Assembly (NCBI RefSeq): GCF_009834535.1
Contig: NC_045705.1
Location: forward strand, 13,020,001-13,084,000
DNA from: Camelus ferus
Taxonomy: Eukaryota
Reading direction: 5' to 3'
DNA length: 64,000 nucleotides
The notes under the pieces were generated by a model. That model was given only the letters and a program-made list of their open reading frames with translations. It searched no databases and had not been told where the DNA came from. The position numbers and the translations under genes were made by a program. This document shows, in pieces, positions 24,643-37,300 of this stretch (position 1 is its first letter; each line of letters opens with the position of its first letter).

Positions 24643-24822
24643 NNNNNNNNNNNNNNNNNNNNNNNNNNNNNNNNNNNNNNNNNNNNNNNNNNNNNNNNNN
24701 NNNNNNNNNNNNNNNNNNNNNNNNNNNNNNNNNNNNNNNNNNNNNNNNNNNNNNNNNNNNNNNNNNNNNNNNNNNNNNNNNNNNNNNNNNNNNNNNNNNN
24801 NNNNNNNNNNNNNNNNNNNNNN
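24643..24822. other. Assembly gap (180 N)
   Basis: Run of N. Confidence 0.99.
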
Positions 24823-24843
24823 GCTACTTATTCCAAAGATTCT

Positions 24844-24913
24844 CCGCCCGGTTGCCTAGCCACCGGCAGCTGGCCAATCAAGGTGTCCACAGGCAGCGGA
24901 GGAAGTAACCAAT
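24844..24913. promoter_or_regulatory. Candidate TATA-less promoter: GC box CCGCCC (24844-24849), RFX X-box GTTGCCTAGCCAC (24851-24863), CCAAT (24874-24878), ETS GGAAGT (24901-24906), CCAAT (24909-24913)
   Basis: Five canonical promoter motifs within 70 bp of a small GC/CpG-rich island directly adjoining a gap. Confidence 0.65.
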
Positions 24914-25559
24914 CAATTTTTTAATTTCCTTCTGTAAACGGGAGTGAATCAGGGTGGATTTGAAGTCTCATTAGTCAAAAGTGAGACGTGTAGTGTGCAT
25001 TTTAACATATGTATTAGATGAATACGTTTGGCGTTTATTCGTAAATACTGATGAATATTTGAAAGCGCAGTTCAGACAAGTTTGAACCTTGTGTTACTAA
25101 CTTATTTTTTAAAATCAGTTTTATAGTCTTACCAGCCCGATCTAATTTCAGCAGATGTTCATTTTCCTAATTTAATGCTTGTCTCTTAGAAAAACAGCTT
25201 CTTATCAAAATTCTCTTCTAGAGAATATGGCACCTTCAATTTCCAAATCATCCAAATTTGATATATTAGAGTCACAGCTAACAAACTTCTTGCCTTTGTT
25301 CCCCAGCAAAGATGTACCCAGTCATCTGGTTTTTTGGTTTTGGTTTTCCCCCCTATTTTGACCCTATTTCTCCATTCCCATGACCAATACTCTGGTCTAA
25401 GGCCCAGATTTCTTCACATTTGGATTCAGAACAGCCCTTGGCTCTGGTTCCTCCCATGCATTCTACGAGCCGTCACCAGCTGTCATCACTTCAGTTCTCT
25501 TCTGGAAAACCTTTACTCCAAGGCAGGCCGGCACGAGTTCAAGTCAGTACTTATCCTTT

Positions 25560-25690
25560 GGCATATTCCAGGAAGTTGTCTAGCATCTCTGAGCCTGTTT
25601 TCTCATCTGTAAACGTGGAGATAATTAAGTCAAAGGAGATACTGTCCTGGCTTAATCTGGCTCATGTTACATAAATATTACTTATTGTAT
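25560..25690 (+). mobile_element. MIR SINE fragment
   Basis: catctctgagcctgttttctcatctgtaaacgtggagataat. Confidence 0.75.
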
Positions 25691-25769
25691 AAGTACATAT
25701 ACTCATATATTTTCTACTATCTTATTTTTGCTATGATTTAATGGTTCCCATTATTTGTTTGCATTTTCT

Positions 25770-26215
25770 TTGTATTTTCACAGTCCTTCATAATCTGGCC
25801 TCCTTTCCATCCATCTGTCCATCCTTATTTCCAATATCATTCTTCCTACACTGTTTCCTCACCACCATGTACCCATCGCTCTGATCAGATGGTCTCCTCA
25901 CTGAGCCTCCGTTCATCAGGTCATACTCATTCCTGTCACCCCCTAACTCCTCTTTATCCTTCAAATCTCAAACTCAAGCACCACTTCCCAGTGAAAAATT
26001 CCTCTATTATATGCTTTCCAAGAACCATCTTCATTTACTTCAGAGAACATTTCTCAGTGTGTGATTATACATTACGAGCACAAGCTATTTAATTAATGAA
26101 TGCTTGCCTCTCCCACTGTGCAGATTTCTGTGAGAACAGGAATAGTAGAAGCTTCTGTTTACTGCTCTGTTCCTAGGGCCTAACATGGTGAGTGCAGTAT
26201 AAATGTTTATTATGA
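25770..26215 (+). mobile_element. L2 3' region
   Basis: tccttcaaatctcaaactcaagcaccacttccc...gcctctcccactgtgcagatttctgtgagaacagg...cctagggcctaacatgg...ataaatgtttatt. Confidence 0.75.
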
Positions 26216-27399
26216 GAATGTTATTGACTTTTCATCAACTGACATGGCCTCTACCTTCCCCCCCACTTCAGATCTCAAAACTCTTATCTTTTGAGACCCT
26301 ATATGAATTCCTGTAGAGGGAATCAGTCTTCAAATACATCTTTAGTAAAAACATTCTAGGTGCTCTGTATTATGAGGGGCAACATCGGGAGATTATTTTC
26401 CCTGACTTCGTGAAGAAATCCTGGATAAAGAGACAAAAAATAAAATTCACTTAACGCAAGTACTTAAGGGTGTGTGTGTGCATGTGTGTGTGAGAGAGAG
26501 AAAGAGAGAGAGAGCGGGAACCCAGAGTGAGGGGTGAGCATAAGCGAGGACTGGAATGAGGCAGTGTGATCTAGTAGGAAAAACCCGAGAGACTAAGAAA
26601 TAAGAAACCTGCCATTTGATATTTGATTCTGGATAAACCTGAATAAATCACTTCTCCTCTCTCGGCCTCATTCTTTGCCTGTAATATGAGCACATTGGAC
26701 CAGTATGTCTTTATGATGTCTTCAAACTCTGTAGGTCAAAACAAAACCTGTGACAGTATTAACAAATCAACTTTCTGTTCCTTTTAATGCCTTCTAGTGT
26801 GAGTTTGTATGGTTGAATAAATGTAGTTAGCGATCTGTAGTTACAGCGCTGTAGTGTCATTTTCTCCTGAATAGAGTAACATAAATATTTCTCATGGTGC
26901 CACAAGAGAATTTATCACCATCATTTTTGCATTTTTTTCTTTTATTCAATTAATACATTGAACAAGGACCTTGTGGTAGCCACCATGTGAGAGGCTATAA
27001 GTAAAATGTGGTAAAATGGGAGAGACATGGCCTCGGTCCTTAGGGAGTTGAGTGACTGTTAGTGTGGGCAACATCCGGTGAGTGTAAGTTGCTTATTGAA
27101 GCCCCCTTTTTTAGAGTTGAGATCTCACACATTTTTGGTATATTCACAAGTGTTTCTTGGTCTTGGTTGCTACTGATGTGCCAGTATTGTATTCCCATCA
27201 AACCTAGAAATTCCTTAGAAGCTACCTGTTGTGTGTGCATGCGTGAGTGTTCCTGAATTACAGAATTTTCAGGTCAATTTTGATTTTAAATATTTTATTT
27301 TGTTACCCTAAATGCCCATTAGAATGATCAGACAGTGTATCCTAATATATATTTAGAAGTTGTTGTTATTTAGATACATGTATGCAATGATTGACATAC

Positions 27400-27600
27400 A
27401 GGGGATGCTCACTCTGCACCAGCATTTATCATGGATTATTTTATCTAATCCTCTCAACTACCTTAGGTGATGGATACTTTTGTCATCCTCATGTGATGAT
27501 GAGAAAACTGAGGCTGAGAGGGGTTAAAACACTGTCCTGAAATCACATGGACTGCGCATGGTGTTTGTGGGGTTCTGAGCCAAGTCCTTCCTTCTATGCC
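27400..27600 (-). mobile_element. MIR SINE
   Basis: atctaatcctctcaactaccttagg...gatgagaaaactgaggctgagaggggttaa. Confidence 0.8.
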
Positions 27601-28460
27601 ACAGTCTGCCTTTCCCATCTATGCTTATGCTTTTTCAAGCTGTGTCCTACACTACTGCTCTTGTAACATAATACATGCCCAATAAATTCTTTTTGAATTA
27701 TATTTTCAGTAGAATCATGAAGGTTTATTTTGGAACTACAGATATGTTTTTTTTTATGATAAGCATATTAGAGTCAACGGAATGGTATGCAGGGGTTGTG
27801 GGAGGCTGGGGGTAGGGGGAGGGAGGAGGCAGAACAGAAAGAAAATGTCCTGAAGATATTTTATGCTAACTTGTGAATCTCAGTTATTTTAAATATCTGG
27901 AGATTTTTTTTAAAGGCATCCATTTTCCAAGCACTAGACCTTGTGCTTTGAGTGCATGATATTATATAATCTTCAAAATAACCCTATGAGGTAACTGCTT
28001 TATAATTACTCCCTTTTTAAGGACAAGGAAACTAAAGCTTTGCAAGATTAAGACACTTGCCTAAATTATTTACTCTAGATTGTGATACATGGTGTTTTAA
28101 AAATACCAATTTGCCTTTACCCACATTGTAATAAATAGTAAGACAACTTGCTCACTCTACTCGCTTTGATTCTCTTTCCCTGTTTCCTTACTGAATTTAA
28201 GTAAGGAAACAGGAGACTTAATGAAGTCTCCAGCACATGCGGCTTATTGGTGTTCTGTTATGCTCCTTGGTGCAAGGGGTGGTAGTAATAGTAAGAACAA
28301 TGAATGTTTATTCAACACTTACTATGTGTCAGCCACTGTTCTAAGTTGTTTAAATGTATTAACTTAATTCTTACAACATTCCTGTAAGGCAGCTACTATT
28401 ATTATGAGGAGATAATGTATGACATGAGTTAAGCACATCTCTTGACATGGTTTAGAAGTT

Positions 28461-28462
<2 letters not shown>

Positions 28463-28510
<48 letters not shown>
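28463..28510. repeat. (ATT)16 microsatellite
   Basis: Directly visible; explains the poly-I and poly-N ORFs. Confidence 0.97.
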
Positions 28511-28511
<1 letters not shown>

Positions 28512-28899
28512 GCAGTAGTACTGTAATTATTATGTACAGTTACATTTTGGGCACATATAGTTTTAAGTTTGTTACTCTTTGCCTCATCTCCATGAGGACC
28601 TCCTATGTATATATGCATATGTATGTCTATCTGTCTATAACTGATACATAATCATAAAGTTTTAGTCAAAGAGGGGAATCTATAAAATAGCTCCCTGACA
28701 AATACCTTTCTGACTTCCTTGACAGTTTTATTCTCTCATTTTCTTCTGACCTCTGGTTAAATTCTGCTTAATGAGTTCCCTAAATTTTAAAGACATTTAT
28801 TCATTTGATAGCTCTAGTTTTTAGAAGTCTTGCTTTATATTGAGTTGAAATCAGCTTTTCTGGAATGGTAGGTGATTATACAGAAAAAAAAAATAGTGC

Positions 28900-29050
28900 A
28901 CTCTTGGACCTTGAAATCAACTAGGTCTGACTATCACTTCCTGGCTGTGGCTCTAACTTATCAGTTCTCTGTACCTCACTTTCCTTTCTGTAAGCAGGGG
29001 ATCACCATCCCTATTGCAGAAGGTTGTTGTGATGTTTGGTTGAGATGTGT
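28900..29050 (+). mobile_element. MIR SINE
   Basis: ttctctgtacctcactttcctttctgtaagcaggggatcaccatccctattgcagaaggttgttgtga. Confidence 0.75.
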
Positions 29051-29714
29051 TTACGTCGATATCAAGTGCGCTCACAGAGTGCTTTGTACTCACCCGCTCT
29101 GCCCCCATCCTGTCACTTACATCAGGCAGTGTCCTCTCCTCTGAGCCACATCAGGCTCACAGGAGGCATCCTAGTTCAAAAACTGGACTTCTGGGGCCAA
29201 GGTGCCTACCAGGGAAATGTATGCTGGCTTCCTTAGCTTCTATTAGATCCATTTTGCCACAGTGCTCATAAGCTGACCCTCCACAGCATCAAAGAGCAGA
29301 AACTCTCACAGAACTATTGACCTTACCTTCAAATGGCTACAGGGTTGAGTCAGGCATAAATCAAATCTGGAAACAGATTCCCTAGAGAGCTCAGCTTCTA
29401 AGCTGTGCAGCAGCAGTAGTCGCCCGGGTAAAGGGAGCATGGGAGAAAGCTATTAGTTACTGTGGCCTGGGAGACTGAACAGCTCACAGCGTCAGGGATG
29501 ATCTGGAGGAGAATGGTGGATATTGAATGTTGGGGGAAAAAAATCAATCCTCTCAGTCTAATGATGTGAGTAATATTTCTAGACAATAGCATGGGAGGTG
29601 TTCAATACACATTTTTTGCTGACTAAATGCATGCTTGATTGAATGAATTAATGAGTGACTAGAGAGTGAATAGGAGTAATTCAAAGGTATATATTCACCA
29701 TCCCTACTTCTAAC

Positions 29715-30060
29715 CATTCATTCGTTTATTTATCAGACTTACTATATGCCAAGCATTATGATAGATGCCAAGGATTCAAACAGTAACATGACACAATGAC
29801 TCTCAAATAATTCTTAATCTGGTAGGAAAGGATGTGAATACATGATCATAAAATGACATGGTTAATTTACTAACAACATAGTGAGGACGACATTGGAGGA
29901 AAAAAATCTATTTCTGCTGGAAGATCAGGAAGAGGAATGAAAGTACCATTAAAGACGACATTTGAATTGGACCTTAAGGAATGAGTAGGAGTTGTCCAGG
30001 TGGGAGAAGAAGGGTAAGAAGTGCATTCCAGTTAGAAGGAACAGCATTTACATTCACATG
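29715..30060 (-). mobile_element. L2 fragment
   Basis: cattcattcgtttatttatcagacttactatatgccaagc...acatttgaattggaccttaaggaatgagtaggag. Confidence 0.8.
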
Positions 30061-30489
30061 TAATTAGGGGAAAGAGCAAATAATCTGGGGTATACAGAGG
30101 TCCTTGAAAAAAATCTGTAGGATATGAACCTTAAAAAGAAGGCTGAAGTAAGACTTGGATAGAATTACTCACGGTAGATAAATAATTCTGACATTTGTCC
30201 ACGCCTTCTAGGTTTTGCTCATGTTCTACCCAAATTCATCCTTTTGATCTGCCGTATCCACTGGTCACTCTAGGCAGACAGTGCCCTGCAATGTTCAGCA
30301 TTGCCGTCTCTGGGCTAGAAAAGTGCTGTCCTAACTGGAAACCTTGAACTTCTGCCCAAAGCTCTAAAATCCTTCAAGTGGTCAAGTGATGTTACCATTA
30401 TGACTTTGTTAAATGAACATTTGTCAAGTGGAGCTCAGAGGCCAAATTGGTTCAACAAAAGGAGTTCAACAACAACAACAACAACAAAC

Positions 30490-30720
30490 CGTAAGAGAAA
30501 TTTAAATAGAGAAGTTCATTACTGCAGGCCCTGGAGAAAATACAAGACATGCCTTGAGAGGCTACGTGTAGAGGTCAAGTCAGAAGGCAGACAGAGACAG
30601 AGGCTTGGACCCGGGCTCATGCCTTTATTTGGACATGCGCTTGCACAGGGGGGCTAGGGTCAGCTTCAGGCCCCTGCAGATCTCGTGGCCAAACAAAATG
30701 GGGATTGAGGCAGCAATACC
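30490..30720 (-). mobile_element. Probable old ERVL-class LTR fragment
   Basis: gaagttcattactgcaggccctggag...catgccttgagaggctac...gaggtcaag...gcctttattt resembles reverse LTR41/LTR16-class sequence from memory; family uncertain. Confidence 0.4.
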
Positions 30721-31567
30721 ATGGAGTAGCTTAGCTAAACTCAACAGTTATATATATATATATTTATTAAATTCAATACGTATTTATCAACTACTCGTGA
30801 AGAGCCATCACTCTGATGTCGGCACATCTTCACTGTGTTCTTCATATCTGTCTTATTCTTTCTGCGATAACTCTCACCCAATCATTTTTGTGTTTCTTAT
30901 CTAAGAATAAAACAAAACCCCTCATTGCACGTTGTCTCCTGAGTCGTTTTTGTCCCTGGAAATCCACAAATGCTTGGGCACTGAAGCCTAAGACTTACCT
31001 GCCAGACTCCTTTAGCAAAGAAGCTTATCGTGGAAAAGAACTCACTCTCAAGATGGCAAGAGTCAGCTTTCAGAATCCGTTGTGAACTTTCAGAACCCAT
31101 TGTTAGAGGAGCACTGTTGATTTACCGAAGATTACCAAAGCAACCCAGAATATTTAATATTTCATTGTGCATTGGCCATTTTCTAAGAAATCCTAACTCT
31201 TTATTCACCCCAAACTACAGTTGTATGTATATCTTCTTTTGGACTACAGATTATTTACAGAGGGACGCATTTGGCATTCCTAGCATTATCTTTCCATGAA
31301 AATGAAATTTAGTGATGGAAAATACAGCAAAATTTTGAGTGGGTTTTAAAAAGCCCCCAAATTCCAATGACTACTGAATATTCGAGAGCATTACACCACG
31401 TAAGACTCTTACTGTAGAGAATAATTTTGAAAAATACTAATGGCTATTAGTATGTACAAATCTTATATTCCCCGTCTTTACTGACAATACTCAAAATGCT
31501 TATCACTGCTTTTCAAACATAGAGAGTATGTGACTAAATCTGTTTTCTTGTACAGGATGTTCCCTCA

Positions 31568-31814
31568 AAAATTTAAGGTGAACAGTATAGTGATTCAGTT
31601 ACACATTTATATATATATATATTCTTTTTTATATTCTTTTTCATTATCAGTTATTACCAGATACAGAATATAGTTCCCTGTGCTGTACAGTAGAACCTTG
31701 TTGTTTATCTATTTTGTATATGGTAGTTTGTATCTGCAAATCCCTAACTCTGTAAATCAACTATACTTCAATAAATAAATAAATAAACAAACAATGAAAA
31801 CAATTAAAGTGAAC
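31568..31814. mobile_element. 5'-inverted (twin-primed) L1 3'-end insertion with 16-bp TSD
   Basis: Antisense L1 3' UTR (~31577-31750) is joined to the sense terminus tgtaaatcaactatacttcaataaataaat... (31751-31798). Flanks are aaaatttaaggtgaac and aacaattaaagtgaac. Confidence 0.85.
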
Positions 31815-32349
31815 GTATGTCCTCTAGAGTCTTTTTTCCCACAACTTAGACACACAGCTGTTGTGTCCCTAGATTCTTCAGTTGTGAATTAAAAACCGTA
31901 ATAATATTTTAGTTTTGCCGCTATCCTGTTCACCCGTTTGTTTATCAGCAGAATTCACGAGACGGCTCCAGTTGGAATGTGATCAGCCTGGAAAGCAGCA
32001 GGACTTCATGCTAATCTTAGAACACACTATTGCCATTTACTCATGCTGCCTCAGATGGTTTTATAGCCCTTTCTACAGGGCGTGGGTTAGTGAAGATGTC
32101 AAACACCCAATTTAATGACAAAATTCTTGGGCAAAAAATTGAAAACACAAGTCTAGTGGACTAACAACACCTCATTAATTGAGCTAAAATGGAGTGTTAA
32201 GGTTTCTCTTAGATTTCTACCTTGTGTTATTTTATTTATCTTTTCTTTTCAGTTAAGTGTTTACTTCCTCAACTTAGTGACCATATTTTTAAGAGGCAGC
32301 ATGAAGTTATAGACATACAAGTTAAGAAGGCACCAAAAAATCTGTATTC

Positions 32350-32570
32350 TAGTCCTAACTCATCACTAATATGTTGCCTTAGCAAATTATTTGATCTCTG
32401 AGTCCTATATATTTTATTTATAATACCCATTTCCTCCCTTATAGAATTACAATGAGAATTATGTGAAGTAACATATACAAATATACAATAAGAATGAGAA
32501 AGCTCTGTACAGGTTATGGGACAATGATTCTTCCACATTCACAAAAACCATTCAATAAATACATCTAATT
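32350..32570 (+). mobile_element. MIR SINE
   Basis: gttgccttagcaaattatttgatctctgagtc...cccatttcctcccttatagaattacaatgagaatt. Confidence 0.7.
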
Positions 32571-33689
32571 TGTTAAGAAGTAGTATGTGCGTGTCTCTTC
32601 AGCACCAAAGGAGGCTAGACAGTACTGTAAATTACACGTTTTCTTTCCTAAATAATTCATTTTATATAGCTGATATGGACGACATGAGGAATGATGAGTA
32701 AAACCCTTACTTAAAAAGAAGAGGTTTTTGAAATTATAATTGTAATAATTTGATGATCTCTGTCCTTGGTCTTCATTATGAGGATTTTTTTTTAAAGCAC
32801 TAGTAAGAGGATTTTTGTAGCTCTTGGCCTAGAAGGAACTAGTCCCACAGTGATCACAATGTACTCAAGCCCTTCCTGCTGCATGGGTTTTACAATCCTG
32901 AGTTAAACAGAATACAGATGTCTGCAGATGAAAAGAAAACATTCGAAATTCTCACTCTCAAGCCAGAAGAATTCAAGCCAATCCAAGTGTGAAGGCTAAT
33001 GTCACAGCTGAAATAGAAGTCAAGAGGGTAGCTTTGAATATAATTAAGATATGACAGGTTCACTCAGATCCAAAACCCAGGCACCAAAGAGCAGAGTTTT
33101 CTCAAAAGGTGTGAAGGTGAAAATAAAATGTTTCTGGGAATCGGGCTGTGATCCAAAACTAATGAATTTCCCATTGAGTTACTAATCACCTAAAGCCGTG
33201 GCCACTGGACAAGACATCAGGGAGATGACCATTCCCACTAGAAGTATTTGAACCTCTCCTCTCTCTGCGATCTGCGGAAACTATTCTTCTGGTAAAGAGG
33301 AAAACATGGAGTTGCAGAAAGAAGAGACTTTAGATCCTCTTACTTTAACTAGATCTTTATCTTCTGGGCATGTTGTTTGTGTTGACCCCTTGCCAAAATT
33401 GCCAGTCATCATGAGGAAAATACCAGCACAGTTAGTTCAACATTCACATTGTATAACCAGGATGTGGGTCCTTGTTCCATTATGAGCCACTCTTTCCTAG
33501 AAGATTTCAAGTTTATTAAGGGTCACGCAGGAAAGAAACAAGACTAAATCAAACAAACTGAAAAAGCTTTACTTGGTTGTGTTCATTTCCACATACACAC
33601 ACGCACACACACACACACAAACTATGAAACATTGATTTTTATCTGCTCTTAAAGAAAAGGGAAGATTAGTTATTCAACAAAGTCTGGTT

Positions 33690-33842
33690 CAGAAAAAAAA
33701 AATGGGAGAAGAAAGTTAATAGTAGAATGGGAAAGAAAAAAGAAAGAGGTAGAAACAAAGAGGAAGGAAAAAGAAGAATCTGGAGATAGAAAAAGGAAAG
33801 AAAGCAGAAGAAAGAGAAATGGAGAAAGAGGGAAGGATGAAG
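33690..33842. repeat. GA-rich low-complexity purine tract
   Basis: Directly visible. Confidence 0.85.
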
Positions 33843-35039
33843 TCTGGATGTCTTTTACCTGACCCTTAGAGCTGATTTGCTTCGAACCAATTAATGTGTA
33901 CCGGGCTCTAGCTACGTGTTAGCTACTCTATTAGAGGCCCAGGTGAATACGTTAGAGACCTGATACCAACGAGCTTACCATCTACTGAAGTGATGAGCTG
34001 TAAAGTAAGGAGAAACACTATTTTTTTTTATTTGCAAACCCAACCACGTCTAGACACAATGATAGGTACTTGAAATATGTCATTATACCCTTGCATTGTC
34101 AGCATTACATTCCTTTTTTAAAAGTGAAGAATTGAGGCTCAAAGAGCCCCTGCTATGTAATGGAAGCAAAAATAAAACTCAGATTTATTTGATGACAAAG
34201 CCCATGCTCTTTCCACTGTATCTTGCTTACAAAGTGATAAGTACTCTACCTGAGCTATGACCACAATGTTTCTGGAGAGCAGAGGAGAAAGTAATTTATC
34301 CTACCTGGAAAATGTCAATAACCATTGTTTTCAACTCTTTAATTTCTCCAATGTTCAAGACCTGAATTTAGAGCAGTGTTTACTAAATATGTATTTTGCA
34401 AAATACTACCTCTTCCGGTTATTGGCCAATGAGAGGTTCAAAGGTCAAAAAAGCATGGAAAATTCTGGAATTCATATAGTTCTTTTGAAAGTTCTCAGTG
34501 TCTATAGGTCCATTAAAATCCGTAAGATCTCTTGTTGAATTTTGTTCATTGTGTTTTCAAGATTTACTAGGTCATGGACTGTTCTCTTGGAAATGCTGAT
34601 TTAGAGACCACATTTTGAGTAAGATGATTACTATATCTTACAGCAGAGTGCTACCAGTCTTGATCACAATTATAGTACAAGTGTTTCTTTTTTTCTTTTT
34701 TTTCCCCTGAATTAATCTTTATGCAAAAATGATAGGTTATTAGTATATTAAGCCAAACATTAATGGGCATTATTATGGTGAGTGACTGACTTGTCAAATC
34801 AGTGATCACCATTCTTGCTTTTGCAACATCCAAGGGTGAGCCCAGAGAATTTCTAAACCATAGAAATCATAGTTCACTCTCACGAAAGTAAATATAATTC
34901 AAATTCATGATTACCACATATTTCTGTTGGGATAATCTCTGCTTCACACCAAGTACTTAACCCCTATAGGCTGGTTTTTAATTAAAAATATGGCCTTAGT
35001 GTTCATATTTACATTACTATGAAAGTTCCCCTTAAATCC

Positions 35040-37300
35040 GTTTGCAATCAAGCTCCTTCTCATACCCCTGGCCTTCAGAAACCATGTATCTGCTTTCTGT
35101 TTCTATTGGTTTTACCTTTTCTAGCAATTCAAAAAATTGAATTGTATAGCTTATAATTTTTGTAGCTGGTATTTTTTTTCACTCAGCAAAATATCTTTGA
35201 GGCTCATTCACGTTGCTATAAGTAGCAATAGTTTATTTCTTTTTCTTTCTCTTTTTAAATAGTCTATTTCTTTTTATTGTTAATATTATTCCATTGTATG
35301 TACATACCATGCTTTGTTTATCCATTTATCATCCGAGGGACATCTGGATGCTGCCTGAGTTTTGGCCACTATAAATAAAACTCCTGTGAACATCCAAGCA
35401 CAGATATTTGTGGGTGTGTGTGTTTTCATTTCTTTTGGGCAAATAGCTAGAGGTGGAATTGCTGGTTTATATGGCAAGTGTGTGTCAGTGAGAAACTTCA
35501 TTGTATGAATGGTCCAGATGGGTCTACATCCTTGCCAAAGCAGGTGTTGTCAGTCTCTTTAAATTTGCTATTCTTGTGGCTATATGGTGATGTCTCATCA
35601 TGGTTGTTTTACTTTGCATTTTTCTTTTCTTTTTTGTATTTTTTTTAACAGAGTCCTCATTTTTTTTTTTTTTTTTTTACATTTTCCAGGTGACTATTTA
35701 TTGGGGGGTGGATAATTAGGTTTGTTTATTGATTGATTGATTGATGGGAGCAGTACTGGTGATTGAATCCAGGACCTTGCATATGCTAACCATGGGCTCC
35801 ACCACTTGAGCTATAACCTCCCCCTACTTTGCATTTTTCTAATAACTAATGACATTGAGCACTTTTTTTGTACGCTTCTGTGCTATTTGTGTATCTCCTT
35901 GGTGAGGTGTTTCTTCCAAATTATTGCCCATTCTTAACTGGGTTATTTTTATTCTTGTTATTGGTTGGTAAGAATTCTTTATATATTTGAATACAAATCC
36001 TTTATCAAACAAATGCATGTTTCTCAGATATTACAATCTGTGGCTTGCCTCCTGATTCTCCTTACAATGTCTTTTGAAGAACAATTTAAAATTTTTAATT
36101 AGATCTAATTTATAATTACTTTCTTTATTATCTATTGCTTTTTGTGTTCTAGATAAGGTATCTTTGTTCAACCCAGAGTCACGAAGATTTTCCCCTATAT
36201 TTTCTCCTACAAGTTTTATATGTGTGATTGTTACATTTAGGTTTATTATCCAAATTAATTTTCATATGTCTTACAAGGTAAGAAGGAAAGTTCATTATTT
36301 GTGTATGGTTTATCCAATTTTTCCGCACAATTTGTTGAAAAGATTGTATTTTTGAATTACTTTGGTGACTGTTGACAATCAATATAGAATATTAGAGGGC
36401 GCCTGACTCTTCCAGTCCACCTATGTATCTTCCATCTTTACATAAATACTATGCTATCTTGATTATGAAGCTTTGTATCAATTCTTGGAATCAGGTAGTG
36501 AAAGTCCTGCAACATTGTTCTTTTTCAAACTTATTTTTGTTACTCTATGTCCTTCACATTTTCATATACATTTTAGATTAGCTTATAAATTTTTACCAAA
36601 AAAATCTACAGAGATTTCAATTGGAATTGTTTAGGTCAGCTTGGAGAGAATGATTACCATAATGATGTTGAGTCTTCTGGTCCAATATTACTTTTTCATA
36701 GTTTTACATTTTGTTTAATTTCTTTCAGCCATCTTTTTATACTTTTCTGTGTACAGCTTTTGCACATATTTTGTTAATATATCCTAACTATTTCATAATT
36801 TTGATGCTATTGTCTCTTAATTTCTGTTTTTTGCTAATAGAGAGAAATATGATTTATATATATATTTAAATATATATATATTTCTTGTATCCAGTGACAT
36901 AGAGGAACTCAGTTATTAATTCTGGTAACTTTTTGGAGGCTTCCACAGGGTTTTCTATGTAAATATTAGTGTCTACTGGATATAATACAATTTTATGTCT
37001 TCCTCTTGCCTTGTCTAACTCTTCCAATCAGCTATTAAATGAAAGTTGAGATAGGACACTGTTGTCTTATTCCTAACCTTAGAGAGAAAATATTTAGTCT
37101 TTTCACCGTTAGCTGTGATGTTCGTGATGGTTTTTCACAGATATCTTTTATCAGACTGAGGTTGTTTCTCTTCATTCCTAGTTTGCTGAGAGTTTTTTTT
37201 TTAATCATCAATGGATATTGAATTTTATCAAATGCTTTTTCTGAATTTATTAAGATTATAATATAGTTTTAACTTTCTAATCTGTTAATATGATTAGAAT
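35040..37300 (-). mobile_element. L1MB/L1MC-type LINE-1 (3' UTR and ORF2 remnants), interrupted by a Vic-1 SINE
   Basis: ORF 35286..35501 (-) gives HLPYKPAIPPLAICPKEMKT...MFTGVLFIVAK, the L1 ORF2 C-terminus. Reverse L1 sequence continues to ~37300. Confidence 0.85.
35626..35824 (-). mobile_element. Vic-1-type camelid SINE with perfect 16-bp TSD
   Basis: Minus strand reads ggggaggttatagctcaagtggtggag...ggtcctggattcaatcaccagtac. TSD tactttgcatttttct at 35610-35625 and 35825-35840. Confidence 0.92.

Noticed and set aside
24823-24850. CDE/CHR cell-cycle element on the minus strand (GGCGG...TTTGGA)
   Set aside because: The spacer is 6 nt instead of 4 and the CHR does not match TTTGAA/TTTAAA.
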